A DNA stretch of 64,000 nt from Christensenellaceae bacterium (GCA_031280685.1 JAITGM010000027.1:1705-65704), one strand, 5' to 3'. Shown: positions 1 through 9,404, counted from the first letter of the stretch. Translations and numbers: made by a program. Notes: generated from the letters alone by a model not told the origin.

Positions 1-1
1 C

Positions 2-757
2 GGGCTGAAGGGCCTGGACGAAGCCTATGTGCCCGTCGTAGGCGGCGAGTACGTCAAGGAGGCGAAGATCGGCAGAGCCATCATGGATGCAGACATCGTG
101 ATTTCGCTCACCCACTTCAAGGGCCACGAAAACGCGGGCTACGGCGGCGCGCTCAAGAATATTGGCATGGGCTGCGGCTCCAGAGCCGGCAAGATGGAGA
201 TGCACTCCTCGGGCAAGCCCCAGGTCGATGAGGAGCTTTGCGTAAGCTGCGGCGCCTGCGCCAAAAACTGTGCCCATTCGGCCATCGGCTTTGCCAGCGG
301 CAAGGCCAGAATAGACCACGGCAAGTGCGTGGGCTGCGGCCGCTGCATAGGCGCCTGCCCGGTGGATGCCGTCGAGGCCGCCTGGGATGGCGCCAACGAC
401 GCGCTCAATTGCAAGATCGCGGAATACACCAAGGCGGTGCTCGACGGCAGGCCGCACTTCCACATCTCGCTGGTGGTCGATGTTTCGCCCTTCTGCGACT
501 GCCATGCCGAGAACGACCTGCCCATCGTGCCAGACGTGGGCATGTTCGCCTCGTTCGATCCCGTCGCGCTCGACGTCGCCTGCGCCGACGCCTGCAACGC
601 CCAGCCGGTGGTGCCGGGCTCCAGGCTTTCCGAAATGGCCCATGATCACCACGACCACCTAATCGACAACCACCCCACCACCAACTGGCGCTCCTGCGTG
701 GAGCACGGCGAAAAGATCGGCCTGGGCAGCACGGAGTACGAGCTGATTCGGGGCTGA
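2..757 (+). CDS. DUF362-family protein with two 4Fe-4S ferredoxin-type motifs (5' end outside window)
   Basis: The frame is open from base 2. It carries the cluster motifs CVSCGACAKNC and CVGCGRCIGACP. The THFKGH and CDCH segments are typical of DUF362 proteins. Confidence 0.8.
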   Translation, partial: GLKGLDEAYVPVVGGEYVKEAKIGRAIMDADIVISLTHFKGHENAGYGGALKNIGMGCGSRAGKMEMHSSGKPQVDEELCVSCGACAKNCAHSAIGFASGKARIDHGKCVGCGRCIGACPVDAVEAAWDGANDALNCKIAEYTKAVLDGRPHFHISLVVDVSPFCDCHAENDLPIVPDVGMFASFDPVALDVACADACNAQPVVPGSRLSEMAHDHHDHLIDNHPTTNWRSCVEHGEKIGLGSTEYELIRG

Positions 758-780
758 TCGCCTAACTAAGGCCCATTTTC

Positions 781-834
781 GGCCGCAAACAAAAAAAGCG
801 CCCAACGAATTGGGCGCTTTTTTTGTTTGCGGCC
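781..834. terminator. Bidirectional rho-independent terminator between convergent genes
   Basis: Perfect 24-bp inverted repeat, GGCCGCAAACAAAAAAAGCGCCCA / TGGGCGCTTTTTTTGTTTGCGGCC, with the 6-nt loop ACGAAT. The GC core is flanked by an A-run and a T-run. Confidence 0.85.
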
Positions 835-848
835 GCAGGGCAGGCCGC

Positions 849-1460
849 TCAGCGGATAAAGTTCGTGCCCTGACGGGGCTCCTCGGCCGTCGGGAGGGGC
901 AGGCCCGCCCTTTCCTTGAGCTTGAGCAGGTAGGCGACGCCGTCCGCCATCTCGCGCAGGGTTTGCAGGCCCTCCTTATCCTCCTGCAGTTCCTCGCCGT
1001 TGTTGCCGTGCACGGCCAGCCAGTAGCGAGAGGGAGCGATCAGCATCCGCGCGAGATTTAGGTAGCTGTTCATCTGCTGGAAGGTCGCCACCCCGCCAGA
1101 GCGGCGCAGCGCGCAGACAGCGGCGCCCACCTTGTATTCAAAGTGGCGGCCGGTGTAAAAGAGCCGGTCCATAAAGCACTTCATATCGCCCGCGATGCCG
1201 CCGTAATACACCGGCGAGCCGAAGATAAAGCCGTCGAACTCGGGCGCGCGGGCGATCACCTCGTTTACGATGTCGTCATAGGCGAGGCACTTTCCCTTGC
1301 CCTTGCAGGCGCCGCAGGCGATGCAGCCCGGCACCGAGCGGCCGATCCATAAAATCTCGGCGCCGATGCCCTGCGTTTGAAGCCGTGCCCGGACTTCTTC
1401 CAGCGCGGTGAAGGTGGTGCCCTTTTCGTGCGGGCTGCCGTTGACTAAGAGTACCTGCAT
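849..1460 (-). CDS. Flavodoxin-like fold NAD(P)H-dependent FMN reductase / iron-sulfur flavoprotein family
   Basis: The N-terminus MQVLLVNGSPHEKGTT is typical of the FMN reductase fold. A Cys cluster, CIACGACKGKGKC, follows, then the FGSPVYYG motif. Confidence 0.75.
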   Translation of the reverse strand: MQVLLVNGSPHEKGTTFTALEEVRARLQTQGIGAEILWIGRSVPGCIACGACKGKGKCLAYDDIVNEVIARAPEFDGFIFGSPVYYGGIAGDMKCFMDRLFYTGRHFEYKVGAAVCALRRSGGVATFQQMNSYLNLARMLIAPSRYWLAVHGNNGEELQEDKEGLQTLREMADGVAYLLKLKERAGLPLPTAEEPRQGTNFIR

Positions 1461-1586
1461 GGACGATGCCCCCTTTTATTAAGGAATGCGTTTGGAGTCA
1501 TTATACCCCATTTGGGAAGAAGGGCGCAAGGCTCAAGGGCAAGGGCAAGAGCTTGCGCGGGCCTTTTGGCTGTGCTATTCTAATGA

Positions 1587-1614
1587 GGGGCGGGGGAAGC
1601 TCGCCCCCTTTTTT
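1587..1614 (+). terminator. Terminator-like hairpin plus T6 in the leader of the yerC-like gene (possible attenuator)
   Basis: GGGGCG (1587-1592) pairs with CGCCCC (1602-1607) around a 9-nt loop, followed by C and TTTTTT. No plus-strand gene lies upstream. Confidence 0.35.
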
Positions 1615-1634
1615 AGGAAGGGAATGAAGGCGCT

Positions 1635-1952
1635 ATGTATAGTTCCAGGATCAAGAGCGAAGAAATCGACGGCCTTTTCCGCGCGATCTTGACGCTGCAA
1701 AACGAGGAGGACTGCTACCGCTTCTTCGAGGATCTGTGCACGATCCACGAACTGCAGGCCATGGCCCAGCGCATGGAGGTCGCGGCCCAGCTCGACCAAG
1801 GGCTGACCTACGCGGTCGTCGCCGCGGGCACCGGCGCCTCCAGCGCGACGATCAGCCGCGTAAGCCGCTGCCTTGGCTACGGGGCCGATGGCTACCGCAA
1901 CGCGCTAGACAGGCTCAAGGCGGCGGAGGAAGCGAAGAGGGAAGGCCAATAA
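1635..1952 (+). CDS. yerC: YerC/YecD family TrpR-like protein
   Basis: YRFFEDLCTIHELQAMAQRMEVA and TGASSATISRVSRCLGYGADGY match the conserved YerC pattern. The TAA stop overlaps the pcrA ATG (TAATG). Confidence 0.8.
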   Translation: MYSSRIKSEEIDGLFRAILTLQNEEDCYRFFEDLCTIHELQAMAQRMEVAAQLDQGLTYAVVAAGTGASSATISRVSRCLGYGADGYRNALDRLKAAEEAKREGQ

Positions 1953-4309
1953 TGATGGATGGCATCGCCCTGCGCCGCGCCCTGATCGAAAAGGAGTACG
2001 GCTTTTTGAACGAACAGCAAAGGCAGGCGGTCTTTCAAATCGAGGGGCCGCTGCTCGTTTTGGCGGGCGCGGGCTCGGGGAAGACCTCGGTGCTCACCAA
2101 CCGCATCGCCTACATGCTGCGCTATGGCGACGCCTACCACGCAAAGGCGGATCCGTGCTTTTCGGGCGAACAAATTCGGCATCTGGAAGCCTGCCTTGAA
2201 ACCGGCCTTGACCAGCAAGCAAGGGCTTGGCTCGCCGAAAGCCCGGTTTCGCCCCATGAGCTGCTGGCCATCACCTTCACCAACAAGGCTGCGCGCGAAA
2301 TGCGCGAAAGGCTCGAGCGCCTGGCGGGCGAAGAGGCTTCCGGGGTCTGGGTTTCGACCTTTCACTCGGCCTGCTGCAGGATCCTGCGGCGCGACATCGA
2401 AAAAATAGGCTATTCGCGCAGCTTTACCATCTATGACGACGAGGATCAGCTCGGCGTCATCAAGGAATGCCTGAAAACGCTGAACTTGTCCGACAAGGAC
2501 TTTGCCCCGCGTGAAATCAGGGCCAGAATCTCGGGCGCGAAGACCCTCGTGCAAAGCCCGGAGGAGCTGATGCAGGTTGCGGGCGACTTTAGAACCCGCA
2601 AGATCGCGGAGCTTTACGCAGCCTACGAAGAAAGACTGCGCAAGATGAACGCGCTCGACTTTGACGATCTGCTTCTAAAGACGCTGCAGCTCTTTGCTGA
2701 CCATCCCCCGGTGCTCGAACATTACGCGCGGCGCTTTCGCTACATCCTGGTCGATGAGTACCAAGACACGAACCGGATGCAGTACCTCTTCGTGCACCTC
2801 TTGGCCAGGCGGAGCCAAAACCTCTGCGTGGTCGGGGACGACGACCAGTCCATCTACGGCTGGCGTGGCGCCGATATCAGCAACATTCTCGATTTTGAAA
2901 AGGACTATAAGGGCTGCCAGACCATCAAGCTCGAGCAGAACTACCGCTCGACCAATGGCATCTTAAGCGCCGCGAACGCGGTGATCGGCAACAACCTCTC
3001 GCGCAAGAAAAAGGAGCTCTGGTCGGCCAAGGGCGAGGGCGAAAAGGCGAAGTATACCCGCCTTTCGGATGAAATGGAGGAGGCCGGCTATATTTGCGGC
3101 GAGATCCTTACCTTGCGCGGGCAGGGGCTGCCCTTTGGCGAGATGGCGGTGCTCTACCGCACCAACGCCCAGTCCCGCGTGCTCGAAGAAAGGCTGGTCT
3201 TTTCGGGAATCCCTTACAGCGTCTACGGCGGCCTGCGCTTTTATGAGCGCAAGGAGATTAAGGACGTGGTCTGCTATCTGCGGCTCTGCGCCAACCCGGC
3301 GGACGACGTGGCGCTTCGCCGCGTGATCAACGAGCCGCGCAGGGGCATCGGCGAAGCGACCGTGGAGTCGCTCGCGGCCTATGCGCGGCAGAGCGGCGAA
3401 ACGATGCTGGGCGCCGCGATGGATGCGGAGCAAGTCGAAGGGCTCGCGGCCAGGGCGAAGGCCGCGCTGAGCGGCTTTGGCCAGCTCATGGGCCAGCTTT
3501 TGGCGCATAAGGAGCTGCTCGGCCCCGCTGAATTCACCGCCAAGCTGCTGGAGTTGACCGGCATCCGTGCCCAATACGATAAGGACGAGGACGAATCCAG
3601 GGCGCGCTTTGAAAACATCGGCGAGCTGCTGGGCGCGGTGGCGGAATACGAAAAAATGGCCGAAACCCCGACGATCGAAGGCTTTTTAGAGGAAGCAGCC
3701 CTCGTCGCGGACGTGGACGGCCTGCGCGAAGGCACGGGCAGCGTGACGCTGATGACCATGCACTCAGCCAAGGGGCTTGAGTTCGGCGCGGTCTTCGTCA
3801 CCGGCATGGAGGAGGGGCTCTTCCCCGGCACGAGGGCGATCTTTGACGAAGAAAAGCTCGAAGAAGAGCGCAGGCTCTGCTATGTGGCCATCACCCGGGC
3901 GAAGGAAAGGCTCTTTTTTACCAACGCCACCCGGCGCATGCTCTATGGCGCGCCGCAGCACAACAGGCCCTCGCGCTTTCTGGACGAACTGCCCGAAACC
4001 TTGGTCGAAAGGGAGGATCGCAGCGCCCCCTGGCCGAGCGAGCTGCGGCGATCCCGCGCAAGGGGCGAAGAAAGAGAGAATAAGGAGCGGCGCGAGCTCC
4101 CGCGTGCCGGCGAAACGCCGGCGCTGCGCAAGCCCAGCCAGGTAAACATGGCGGCGGGTGCGGACTTCGGCGTGGGCGACGCGGTGCGGCATCGGCGCTA
4201 TGGCCAGGGCATGGTGGTCAAGCTGCAGGGGGACGTGGCGCACGTGGCCTTCCCCGGCCTTGGCATCAAGGAGTTTGACCTGCGCTTTGCGCCCATGGAA
4301 AAGGCCTAG
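1952..4309 (+). CDS. pcrA: ATP-dependent DNA helicase PcrA (UvrD family)
   Basis: Walker A AGAGSGKTSVL, the DEYQDTN motif, and UvrD-type motifs through to VAITRAK. The start is set at ATG 1952; the ORF-track start at 1736 lies inside yerC. Confidence 0.9.
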   Translation: MMDGIALRRALIEKEYGFLNEQQRQAVFQIEGPLLVLAGAGSGKTSVLTNRIAYMLRYGDAYHAKADPCFSGEQIRHLEACLETGLDQQARAWLAESPVSPHELLAITFTNKAAREMRERLERLAGEEASGVWVSTFHSACCRILRRDIEKIGYSRSFTIYDDEDQLGVIKECLKTLNLSDKDFAPREIRARISGAKTLVQSPEELMQVAGDFRTRKIAELYAAYEERLRKMNALDFDDLLLKTLQLFADHPPVLEHYARRFRYILVDEYQDTNRMQYLFVHLLARRSQNLCVVGDDDQSIYGWRGADISNILDFEKDYKGCQTIKLEQNYRSTNGILSAANAVIGNNLSRKKKELWSAKGEGEKAKYTRLSDEMEEAGYICGEILTLRGQGLPFGEMAVLYRTNAQSRVLEERLVFSGIPYSVYGGLRFYERKEIKDVVCYLRLCANPADDVALRRVINEPRRGIGEATVESLAAYARQSGETMLGAAMDAEQVEGLAARAKAALSGFGQLMGQLLAHKELLGPAEFTAKLLELTGIRAQYDKDEDESRARFENIGELLGAVAEYEKMAETPTIEGFLEEAALVADVDGLREGTGSVTLMTMHSAKGLEFGAVFVTGMEEGLFPGTRAIFDEEKLEEERRLCYVAITRAKERLFFTNATRRMLYGAPQHNRPSRFLDELPETLVEREDRSAPWPSELRRSRARGEERENKERRELPRAGETPALRKPSQVNMAAGADFGVGDAVRHRRYGQGMVVKLQGDVAHVAFPGLGIKEFDLRFAPMEKA

Positions 4310-4313
4310 AGCC

Positions 4314-5348
4314 ATGGCCTGCCGCATGAAAACGAAAATTCGCCTCTTAAACGAAGCTTCGGTTGAAGAAGCGGCGGGGATCCTGCGGGCGGGCGGGCTC
4401 GTGGCCTTCCCCACCGAGACCGTTTACGGCCTGGGGGCCAACGCCCTTGACGAAGGAGCCGTGCGCGGCATCTTTTTGGCCAAGGGCAGGCCGCAAGATA
4501 ATCCGCTGATCGTCCACCTTCCAAAGAGCGAGCTGCCCGCCGGGCTCGTTTCGGCCCTGCCGGATGCGGCCGAGTGCCTGATGGAAGCCTTTTGGCCGGG
4601 CCCGCTCACCCTGGTGCTGCCCAAAGGGCCTAAAATCCCGGATGCGGTTAGCGCCGGGCTGCCGACGGTGGCGCTCAGGGCTCCGGCGCACGAGGGCGCG
4701 CAGGCCCTGCTCCGCGCGGCGGGCCTGCCCATCGCCGCGCCCAGCGCGAACGCCTCGGGCAGGCCCAGCCCAACCCTTGCCCGGCACGTTTTTGACGACC
4801 TAAGCGGGAAAATCCCCCTTATTTTGGATGGCGGCGCCTGTGAGATCGGCATCGAGTCCACGGTGCTCGACCTAAGCGGCGCAGAGCCGGTCTTGCTCAG
4901 GCCAGGCTCGGTCACCCTGGAGGAACTAGGGGCAGCCCTGGGCAAAACGCCCCGCCTGGGGCGCGGCGTGATGCGGCCGCTCCCCGCCGGCGAAAGGGCG
5001 CTTTCCCCCGGCCTTCTCCATCGGCATTATGCTCCCAGGGCGGAGGTCATCCTGGTACGCGGCGAGGGCGAAGCGCTGGTGCAAAGGCTGAAAGACGAGT
5101 ACGACGCCGCCGAAAATGCGCTCATCCTTTGCGCGGACGCACTGCTCGATCGGCTGCAGCCGAGGAATTGCCAAGGCCTGGGCGCGGACGAGAGGCGGAT
5201 GGCGAAAACCCTCTTCGCCGCGCTGCGGCAGGCCGACGAACGGAGTTTTTCGAAGGTGATCCTGCAGGGTGTGGCCGAGGAGGGACTGGGCCTTGCGCTC
5301 ATGAACCGCGCGCTGAGGGCTGCGGGCTTTCGGGCGGTGGGTCCTTGA
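4314..5348 (+). CDS. tsaC: L-threonylcarbamoyladenylate synthase, Sua5/YwlC type (YrdC domain plus Sua5 C-terminal domain)
   Basis: FPTETVYGLGANA, KGRPQDNPLIVH and SANASGRPSPT motifs. The start could be ATG 4314 or 4326; the track start at 4158 overlaps pcrA. Confidence 0.85.
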   Translation: MACRMKTKIRLLNEASVEEAAGILRAGGLVAFPTETVYGLGANALDEGAVRGIFLAKGRPQDNPLIVHLPKSELPAGLVSALPDAAECLMEAFWPGPLTLVLPKGPKIPDAVSAGLPTVALRAPAHEGAQALLRAAGLPIAAPSANASGRPSPTLARHVFDDLSGKIPLILDGGACEIGIESTVLDLSGAEPVLLRPGSVTLEELGAALGKTPRLGRGVMRPLPAGERALSPGLLHRHYAPRAEVILVRGEGEALVQRLKDEYDAAENALILCADALLDRLQPRNCQGLGADERRMAKTLFAALRQADERSFSKVILQGVAEEGLGLALMNRALRAAGFRAVGP

Positions 5349-5365
5349 GCCCAAGTTAGGAGGGA

Positions 5366-5866
5366 ATGAACTTGCGGATTCTTTTCGTATGCACGGGCAA
5401 TACCTGCAGAAGTCCGATGGCCGAGGTTTTGCTGCGCAAGATGGCGCGGCGGCTTGAGATCGACGAAATCGAGGCGCTGTCGGCCGGGCTCTCCGCAGGG
5501 GAGGGCATGGCGGCCTCGTTCGGGGCGATTTCGGCCATGCAAAGGCGCGGAATCGACCTATATAGCCACTCCTCCCAAAGGCTGACGCGGGAATTGGCTC
5601 ATAGCGCGGATCTGATCCTTTGCATGGAAGAGGGCCACGTAAGAGCGGCGAAGGCCTTGCTTGGCGATGCGCAAAAAGGCAGGGTTTATGGGCTCTTTGC
5701 CTTTGCGACCGGGCGCGAGGGGAGCATCGCGGATCCCTTTGGCGGCGACGAAGGCCAATATGAGCAGACCGCCCGGCAGATCGAGTTGGCTATCGCGGCC
5801 GCGCTTATGAAGCTCTACCCGCAGAGGACGGGGGAAATCCGAAAGGACTATGAAGCGGAGCCGTAG
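5366..5866 (+). CDS. ywlE: Low-molecular-weight protein phosphatase, YwlE-like (protein arginine phosphatase type P-loop)
   Basis: The P-loop is CTGNTCRSPMAE. The Thr in CTGNTCRS is the YwlE-type signature. The gene follows the ywlC homologue, as it does in Bacillus. Confidence 0.8.
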   Translation: MNLRILFVCTGNTCRSPMAEVLLRKMARRLEIDEIEALSAGLSAGEGMAASFGAISAMQRRGIDLYSHSSQRLTRELAHSADLILCMEEGHVRAAKALLGDAQKGRVYGLFAFATGREGSIADPFGGDEGQYEQTARQIELAIAAALMKLYPQRTGEIRKDYEAEP

Positions 5867-6388
5867 GCCTCCGGCGAAGCACGATTTGAGTTCGCGGAAG
5901 GCATTCCGCAAGCGGAATGCCCTTGAATAAACGGGGCGAAAAGCTTTCGCTTTTCGCCCCGTGCGGGAGGGCAGCCCTCCCGCACCCTCTCAGGGGCGGG
6001 CTGCTGGGGTTGTTCTTGCTTTGTGAAACACCGTTTGCCCGGCATTTGCCCACGATCCGCCGCCTTCAGGCGGGGTTTTGGCCCGCGAAACGTTGATTTC
6101 GCGAAAACAGGAAGAGCGGCCCAACTATAGTCTTTGCGAAGCCGCTCGAATTGCAGCCCCGTGGGCGGGCCCCGGAGGCATAGCCTCCGGGGCCAAGCGC
6201 GGCTTTGCTGCGCTTGGCAGCCGCGCGAAGCGCGGCGCCCGCCTTATAGCGCGCGAGCGGCTGCGAGCGCGCCCGTGCCCGCCGAGTCTTGGCGAGGCGG
6301 GTTTGTTCAGGCGCGCGACCTTTAGGAGCGCGTTTCCGCAAAGCCCCTAAGCCAATGGGCCGCTTTGCGGCGGCCCATTGGCTTAGGG
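5867..6388. repeat. Intergenic island A of tandem short GC-rich stem-loops (REP/BIME-like), containing the shared core motif
   Basis: No credible ORF. Stem-loops at 5900-5921, 5933-5960, 5963-5983, 6083-6102, 6170-6192, 6193-6217, 6220-6236 and 6345-6388. The core GCGCGCGAGCGGCTGCGAGCGCGCCCGT lies at 6249-6276. Confidence 0.7.
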
Positions 6389-7225
6389 TAGCGTACCTTC
6401 TGCGAAGGCACGAATCATGGTTTGGGTGAGGGAAATCAGGCTTTGCCCCAGGGGCACCTTGGCCCGGTGGAACCAGGCGGCCTCGCTCAGCTCGCTCAGG
6501 TTTACGCTGGGTTCATCTGGGCCGTCGAGCTCGCAGACGAGGCCGAAAAGCAGCGTATCCGAAAAGGACCAGGGCTGGCTTCTGAAGTAGCGCAGCTTGC
6601 GCACGCGCAGGCCGGCTTCCTCCATGACCTCGCGCCTGGCTGTGTCTTCCGGCGTTTCGCCGACCTCGACAAAGCCCGCGATCAAGGAGTAACGGCCGGG
6701 CGGCGAATTCTTCCCGCGCGCCAGCAGGATGCGGTCGCCATCCGTGACGGCGACGATGACGGCCGGGTTAATGCGCGGGTATTCGGTCAAGCCGCAGTCC
6801 GGGCAGCGCAGGGCGCGCTCGCTCTGGCTCGGGCAAAGCTCGGCGCCGCAATGGCCGCAAAAGCGGTGGTTTTCCATCCAGCGCCAGATCTGCACGGCGG
6901 TGATGCCGCCAAAGGCCAAATGCGCGGGCTCGAATTCGCGGAAGATTGCGGCGTCGCGCAGGCAAAAGCCGGGCTTTTCCGCAAGCTCGTCGCCGCTCAT
7001 CGCGAAAAAGCCAATTTTGTCGATCGAAAAGAGGTAGTTTGCGGCGTTTTCATTCAGGGCGGGGTAGGCAGCCTTCAGTTCGGAAAGGCTCGGCAGCGCG
7101 GAGCCTTCGCCGACCTCGCGCAGAAGAAGGCGATCGCCCTGGAAGCAGAGCAGAAGGTCGCCCTCCTCGATCGGCCGGGGATGATAGCCATTGTTGAAGA
7201 CATGGGGGAAGATATCCTGAATCAA
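6383..7225 (-). CDS. nudC: NAD+ diphosphatase (NADH pyrophosphatase) NudC, Nudix family
   Basis: Zinc ribbon CGHCG...CPDCG, Nudix box GFVEVGETPEDTARREVMEEAGL, and the NudC-specific SQPWSFS motif. The TTG start at 7225 is preceded by AAAGGAGGAG; the track start at 7576 is upstream of it. Confidence 0.85.
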   Translation of the reverse strand: MIQDIFPHVFNNGYHPRPIEEGDLLLCFQGDRLLLREVGEGSALPSLSELKAAYPALNENAANYLFSIDKIGFFAMSGDELAEKPGFCLRDAAIFREFEPAHLAFGGITAVQIWRWMENHRFCGHCGAELCPSQSERALRCPDCGLTEYPRINPAVIVAVTDGDRILLARGKNSPPGRYSLIAGFVEVGETPEDTARREVMEEAGLRVRKLRYFRSQPWSFSDTLLFGLVCELDGPDEPSVNLSELSEAAWFHRAKVPLGQSLISLTQTMIRAFAEGTLP

Positions 7226-7350
7226 GGGGGACTCCTCCTTTTTATATGCGGCAAATGGGCAGGATCGGGGTGAATGGGGCGTTAAAGCCCCCAAAACCCA
7301 AGTATAGCAGAATTTCGGCGGATGAAAAGAGCGGCTTTTGCGAAAACGGC

Positions 7351-7380
7351 TTGATTTATGGGCAAAAATGACGATATACT
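7351..7380 (+). promoter_or_regulatory. Candidate sigma-A promoter of tilS-hpt-ftsH
   Basis: TTGATT (7351-7356), an 18-nt spacer, then TATACT (7375-7380). Confidence 0.45.
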
Positions 7381-7417
7381 GGGGCGGAAAGAAAACAGCG
7401 AAGAGAGGAGTGCGCGG

Positions 7418-8749
7418 ATGGAAGGGCAGTTGACCCGCGCAGCGTGGGAGGCGATTGCGCCCTACGGGGGCGCGTTGGTCGCGCTTTCCGGCGGGATGGA
7501 TTCGGTGGCGCTCCTGCATGCGCTGAAGGGCCTTTCGTCCTCCCGTTTTCGCCTTTGCGCCGCGCACTTTGAGCACGGCATCCGCGGGGAAGATTCACTG
7601 GGGGATCTGGCCTTTGCGCAAAAACTGTGCGAAGATTGGGAGATTCCCTTCTTTTTCGAGCGGGCTGAGGTGCCTAAGATCGCCAAAGAGAGCGGCGAGA
7701 ACGTTGAGGCCTGCGCCCGGCGGCTGCGCTACGCCTTTTTCGAAAAAATCCGGCTGCGCGAGGGACTGCCCGTGACCGTGACGGCCCACCACCTGCGCGA
7801 CCAGGCGGAAACCCTGCTGCTGAACCTCGTGCGGGGCAGCGCCCTGCGGGGCATGCGGGGGCTTGGCGGGCAGCCCGGCGTACTGCGGCCTTTTTTGGGG
7901 GTGACCAAGGCCGAAATTGGGCGCTATGTGCGCGAAAACGGCCTGAGCTGGCGCGAGGACTTGAGCAATGCGGACGAGCGCTATGCCCGCAACTTCATCC
8001 GGCGCGAGGTTCTGCCGCTGCTTAGGCGCCTGAACCCGGAAATGGAGCGCGCCCTTGGCCGTGCCGCGAGGGAGGCCGCTGAGGACGAGACGTTTTTGAG
8101 CACGCTGGCGCTCGAATACCTGCGGGGCAACGAAGGCGCGGAGGGGCTGCGCTTTGACTTTGGTGCACCATTGCCCGTCTTAAAGCGCGCCGCCCGCTTT
8201 TTTTTGCAAAGGGACGGGGAGGTCACAAATTCGACACAAATTTATTCTATACTGGAGTTGGCCAAGAAGCAAAGCGGCGCGCGGCTGCGCCTTGGAGGCC
8301 GCGTTTACGAAGCGCGGGCCGGCCGGGTCTTTTTGGTGCCCGAAGGAGCCTTTTTGCCCATTGCGCTCCCCGGCGAAGGTGATTTTGCCCTGCCCTTCGG
8401 CGGGAGTCTCAGCCTGCGGCTTTGTAAGAGACCAAAAAGCCTAAATCAGGGCAGAAACCTGCAGTTTTTCGCCAAAGAATCGCTATCGGCCGGGCTATGC
8501 CTGCGCCCCGCGTTGCCTGGCGAGCGTTTCGCGCCCTACGGGATGGCGGGCACGAAGCTGCTTTCGGATCTTTTTATTGACGAGAAGCTGCCCAGGGGCC
8601 TGCGCCCCTTCGTGCCGCTGCTCGCTTCAAAAAGCGAGATTTTATGGGTGACGGGGTTGAGGCGCGGCGCCGCCTTCCCCGTGCAAGAGGGCCAAAACGA
8701 GGTTTTGTGCGCGGAATACAGACCAAAAAAACACCAGGAAGGCGAATGA
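7418..8749 (+). CDS. tilS: tRNA(Ile)-lysidine synthase TilS
   Basis: PP-loop SGGMDS with conserved tilS-hpt-ftsH synteny. The start at ATG 7418 sits behind AGAGGAG. Confidence 0.85.
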   Translation: MEGQLTRAAWEAIAPYGGALVALSGGMDSVALLHALKGLSSSRFRLCAAHFEHGIRGEDSLGDLAFAQKLCEDWEIPFFFERAEVPKIAKESGENVEACARRLRYAFFEKIRLREGLPVTVTAHHLRDQAETLLLNLVRGSALRGMRGLGGQPGVLRPFLGVTKAEIGRYVRENGLSWREDLSNADERYARNFIRREVLPLLRRLNPEMERALGRAAREAAEDETFLSTLALEYLRGNEGAEGLRFDFGAPLPVLKRAARFFLQRDGEVTNSTQIYSILELAKKQSGARLRLGGRVYEARAGRVFLVPEGAFLPIALPGEGDFALPFGGSLSLRLCKRPKSLNQGRNLQFFAKESLSAGLCLRPALPGERFAPYGMAGTKLLSDLFIDEKLPRGLRPFVPLLASKSEILWVTGLRRGAAFPVQEGQNEVLCAEYRPKKHQEGE

Positions 8750-9303
8750 AGATGCATTACTCAAGCGAAGGGATTCAGAGCATACTGATTAGTGGCGGCG
8801 AAATCGCCAAGAGGATGGACGAGCTGGCGGCGCGTGTGAACGCGGACTACGCGGGCAAGGAACTCTTGCTGGTCTGCATTTTGAAGGGCGCGGTCGTGGT
8901 CTTTGCCGAGCTGCTCAAGCGGGTGACGATCCCTTGCGAGATCGACTTCATGGCGCTGTCGAGCTACGGCTCCTCGACCAAGACCAGCGGCGTGGTGCGC
9001 ATCCTTAAGGATCTGGATCACGGCATCGAGGGCAAGGATGTGCTGATCGTGGAAGACATCGTCGATTCCGGCGTGAGCATGCGCTATTTGCTTGATTCCC
9101 TTTCGGTGCGAAAGGCGGCCTCGGTACGGATCTTTTCGCTGCTCGATAAGCCGAGCAGGCGGCGGGTCGAAATTGAGCCGGACTACCTGGGCTTTGAGAT
9201 TCCAGACCTTTTCGTGGTCGGTTTTGGCTTGGACTACGCCGAGAAATACCGCAATTTGTCCGATGTGTGCGTGCTGAGGGAGTCCGTTTACGCCCCCGGC
9301 TGA
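8746..9303 (+). CDS. hpt: Hypoxanthine phosphoribosyltransferase
   Basis: PRPP-binding motif [11 protein letters not shown] and the FVVGFGLDY motif. ATGA overlap with the tilS stop. Confidence 0.9.
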   Translation: MKMHYSSEGIQSILISGGEIAKRMDELAARVNADYAGKELLLVCILKGAVVVFAELLKRVTIPCEIDFMALSSYGSSTKTSGVVRILKDLDHGIEGKDVLIVEDIVDSGVSMRYLLDSLSVRKAASVRIFSLLDKPSRRRVEIEPDYLGFEIPDLFVVGFGLDYAEKYRNLSDVCVLRESVYAPG

Positions 9304-9404
9304 CCAAACGGGCCCGCGGAGCAAAAATTAAGCAAGATTTCACCTTTGGCCATGGGACTTGCAGCAAGAGATGTGCTATACTAGCAAAGCTTACCTTTGG
9401 CAAG

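Noticed and set aside
1736-1951. N-terminal extensions suggested by the ORF track for pcrA, tsaC, hpt, ftsH, recG, larB, icd, addA, nudC, argG and others.
   Set aside because: The extensions overlap upstream genes or lack an RBS and family similarity. Internal starts with Shine-Dalgarno motifs (GGAGG-like, 6-10 nt upstream) give proteins of the expected family length.
5867-6388. Could the stem-loop islands (A-E) be CRISPR arrays?
   Set aside because: There is no constant-length repeat alternating with unique spacers of constant length. Each hairpin has a different stem and they abut each other irregularly. No cas genes lie in the window.
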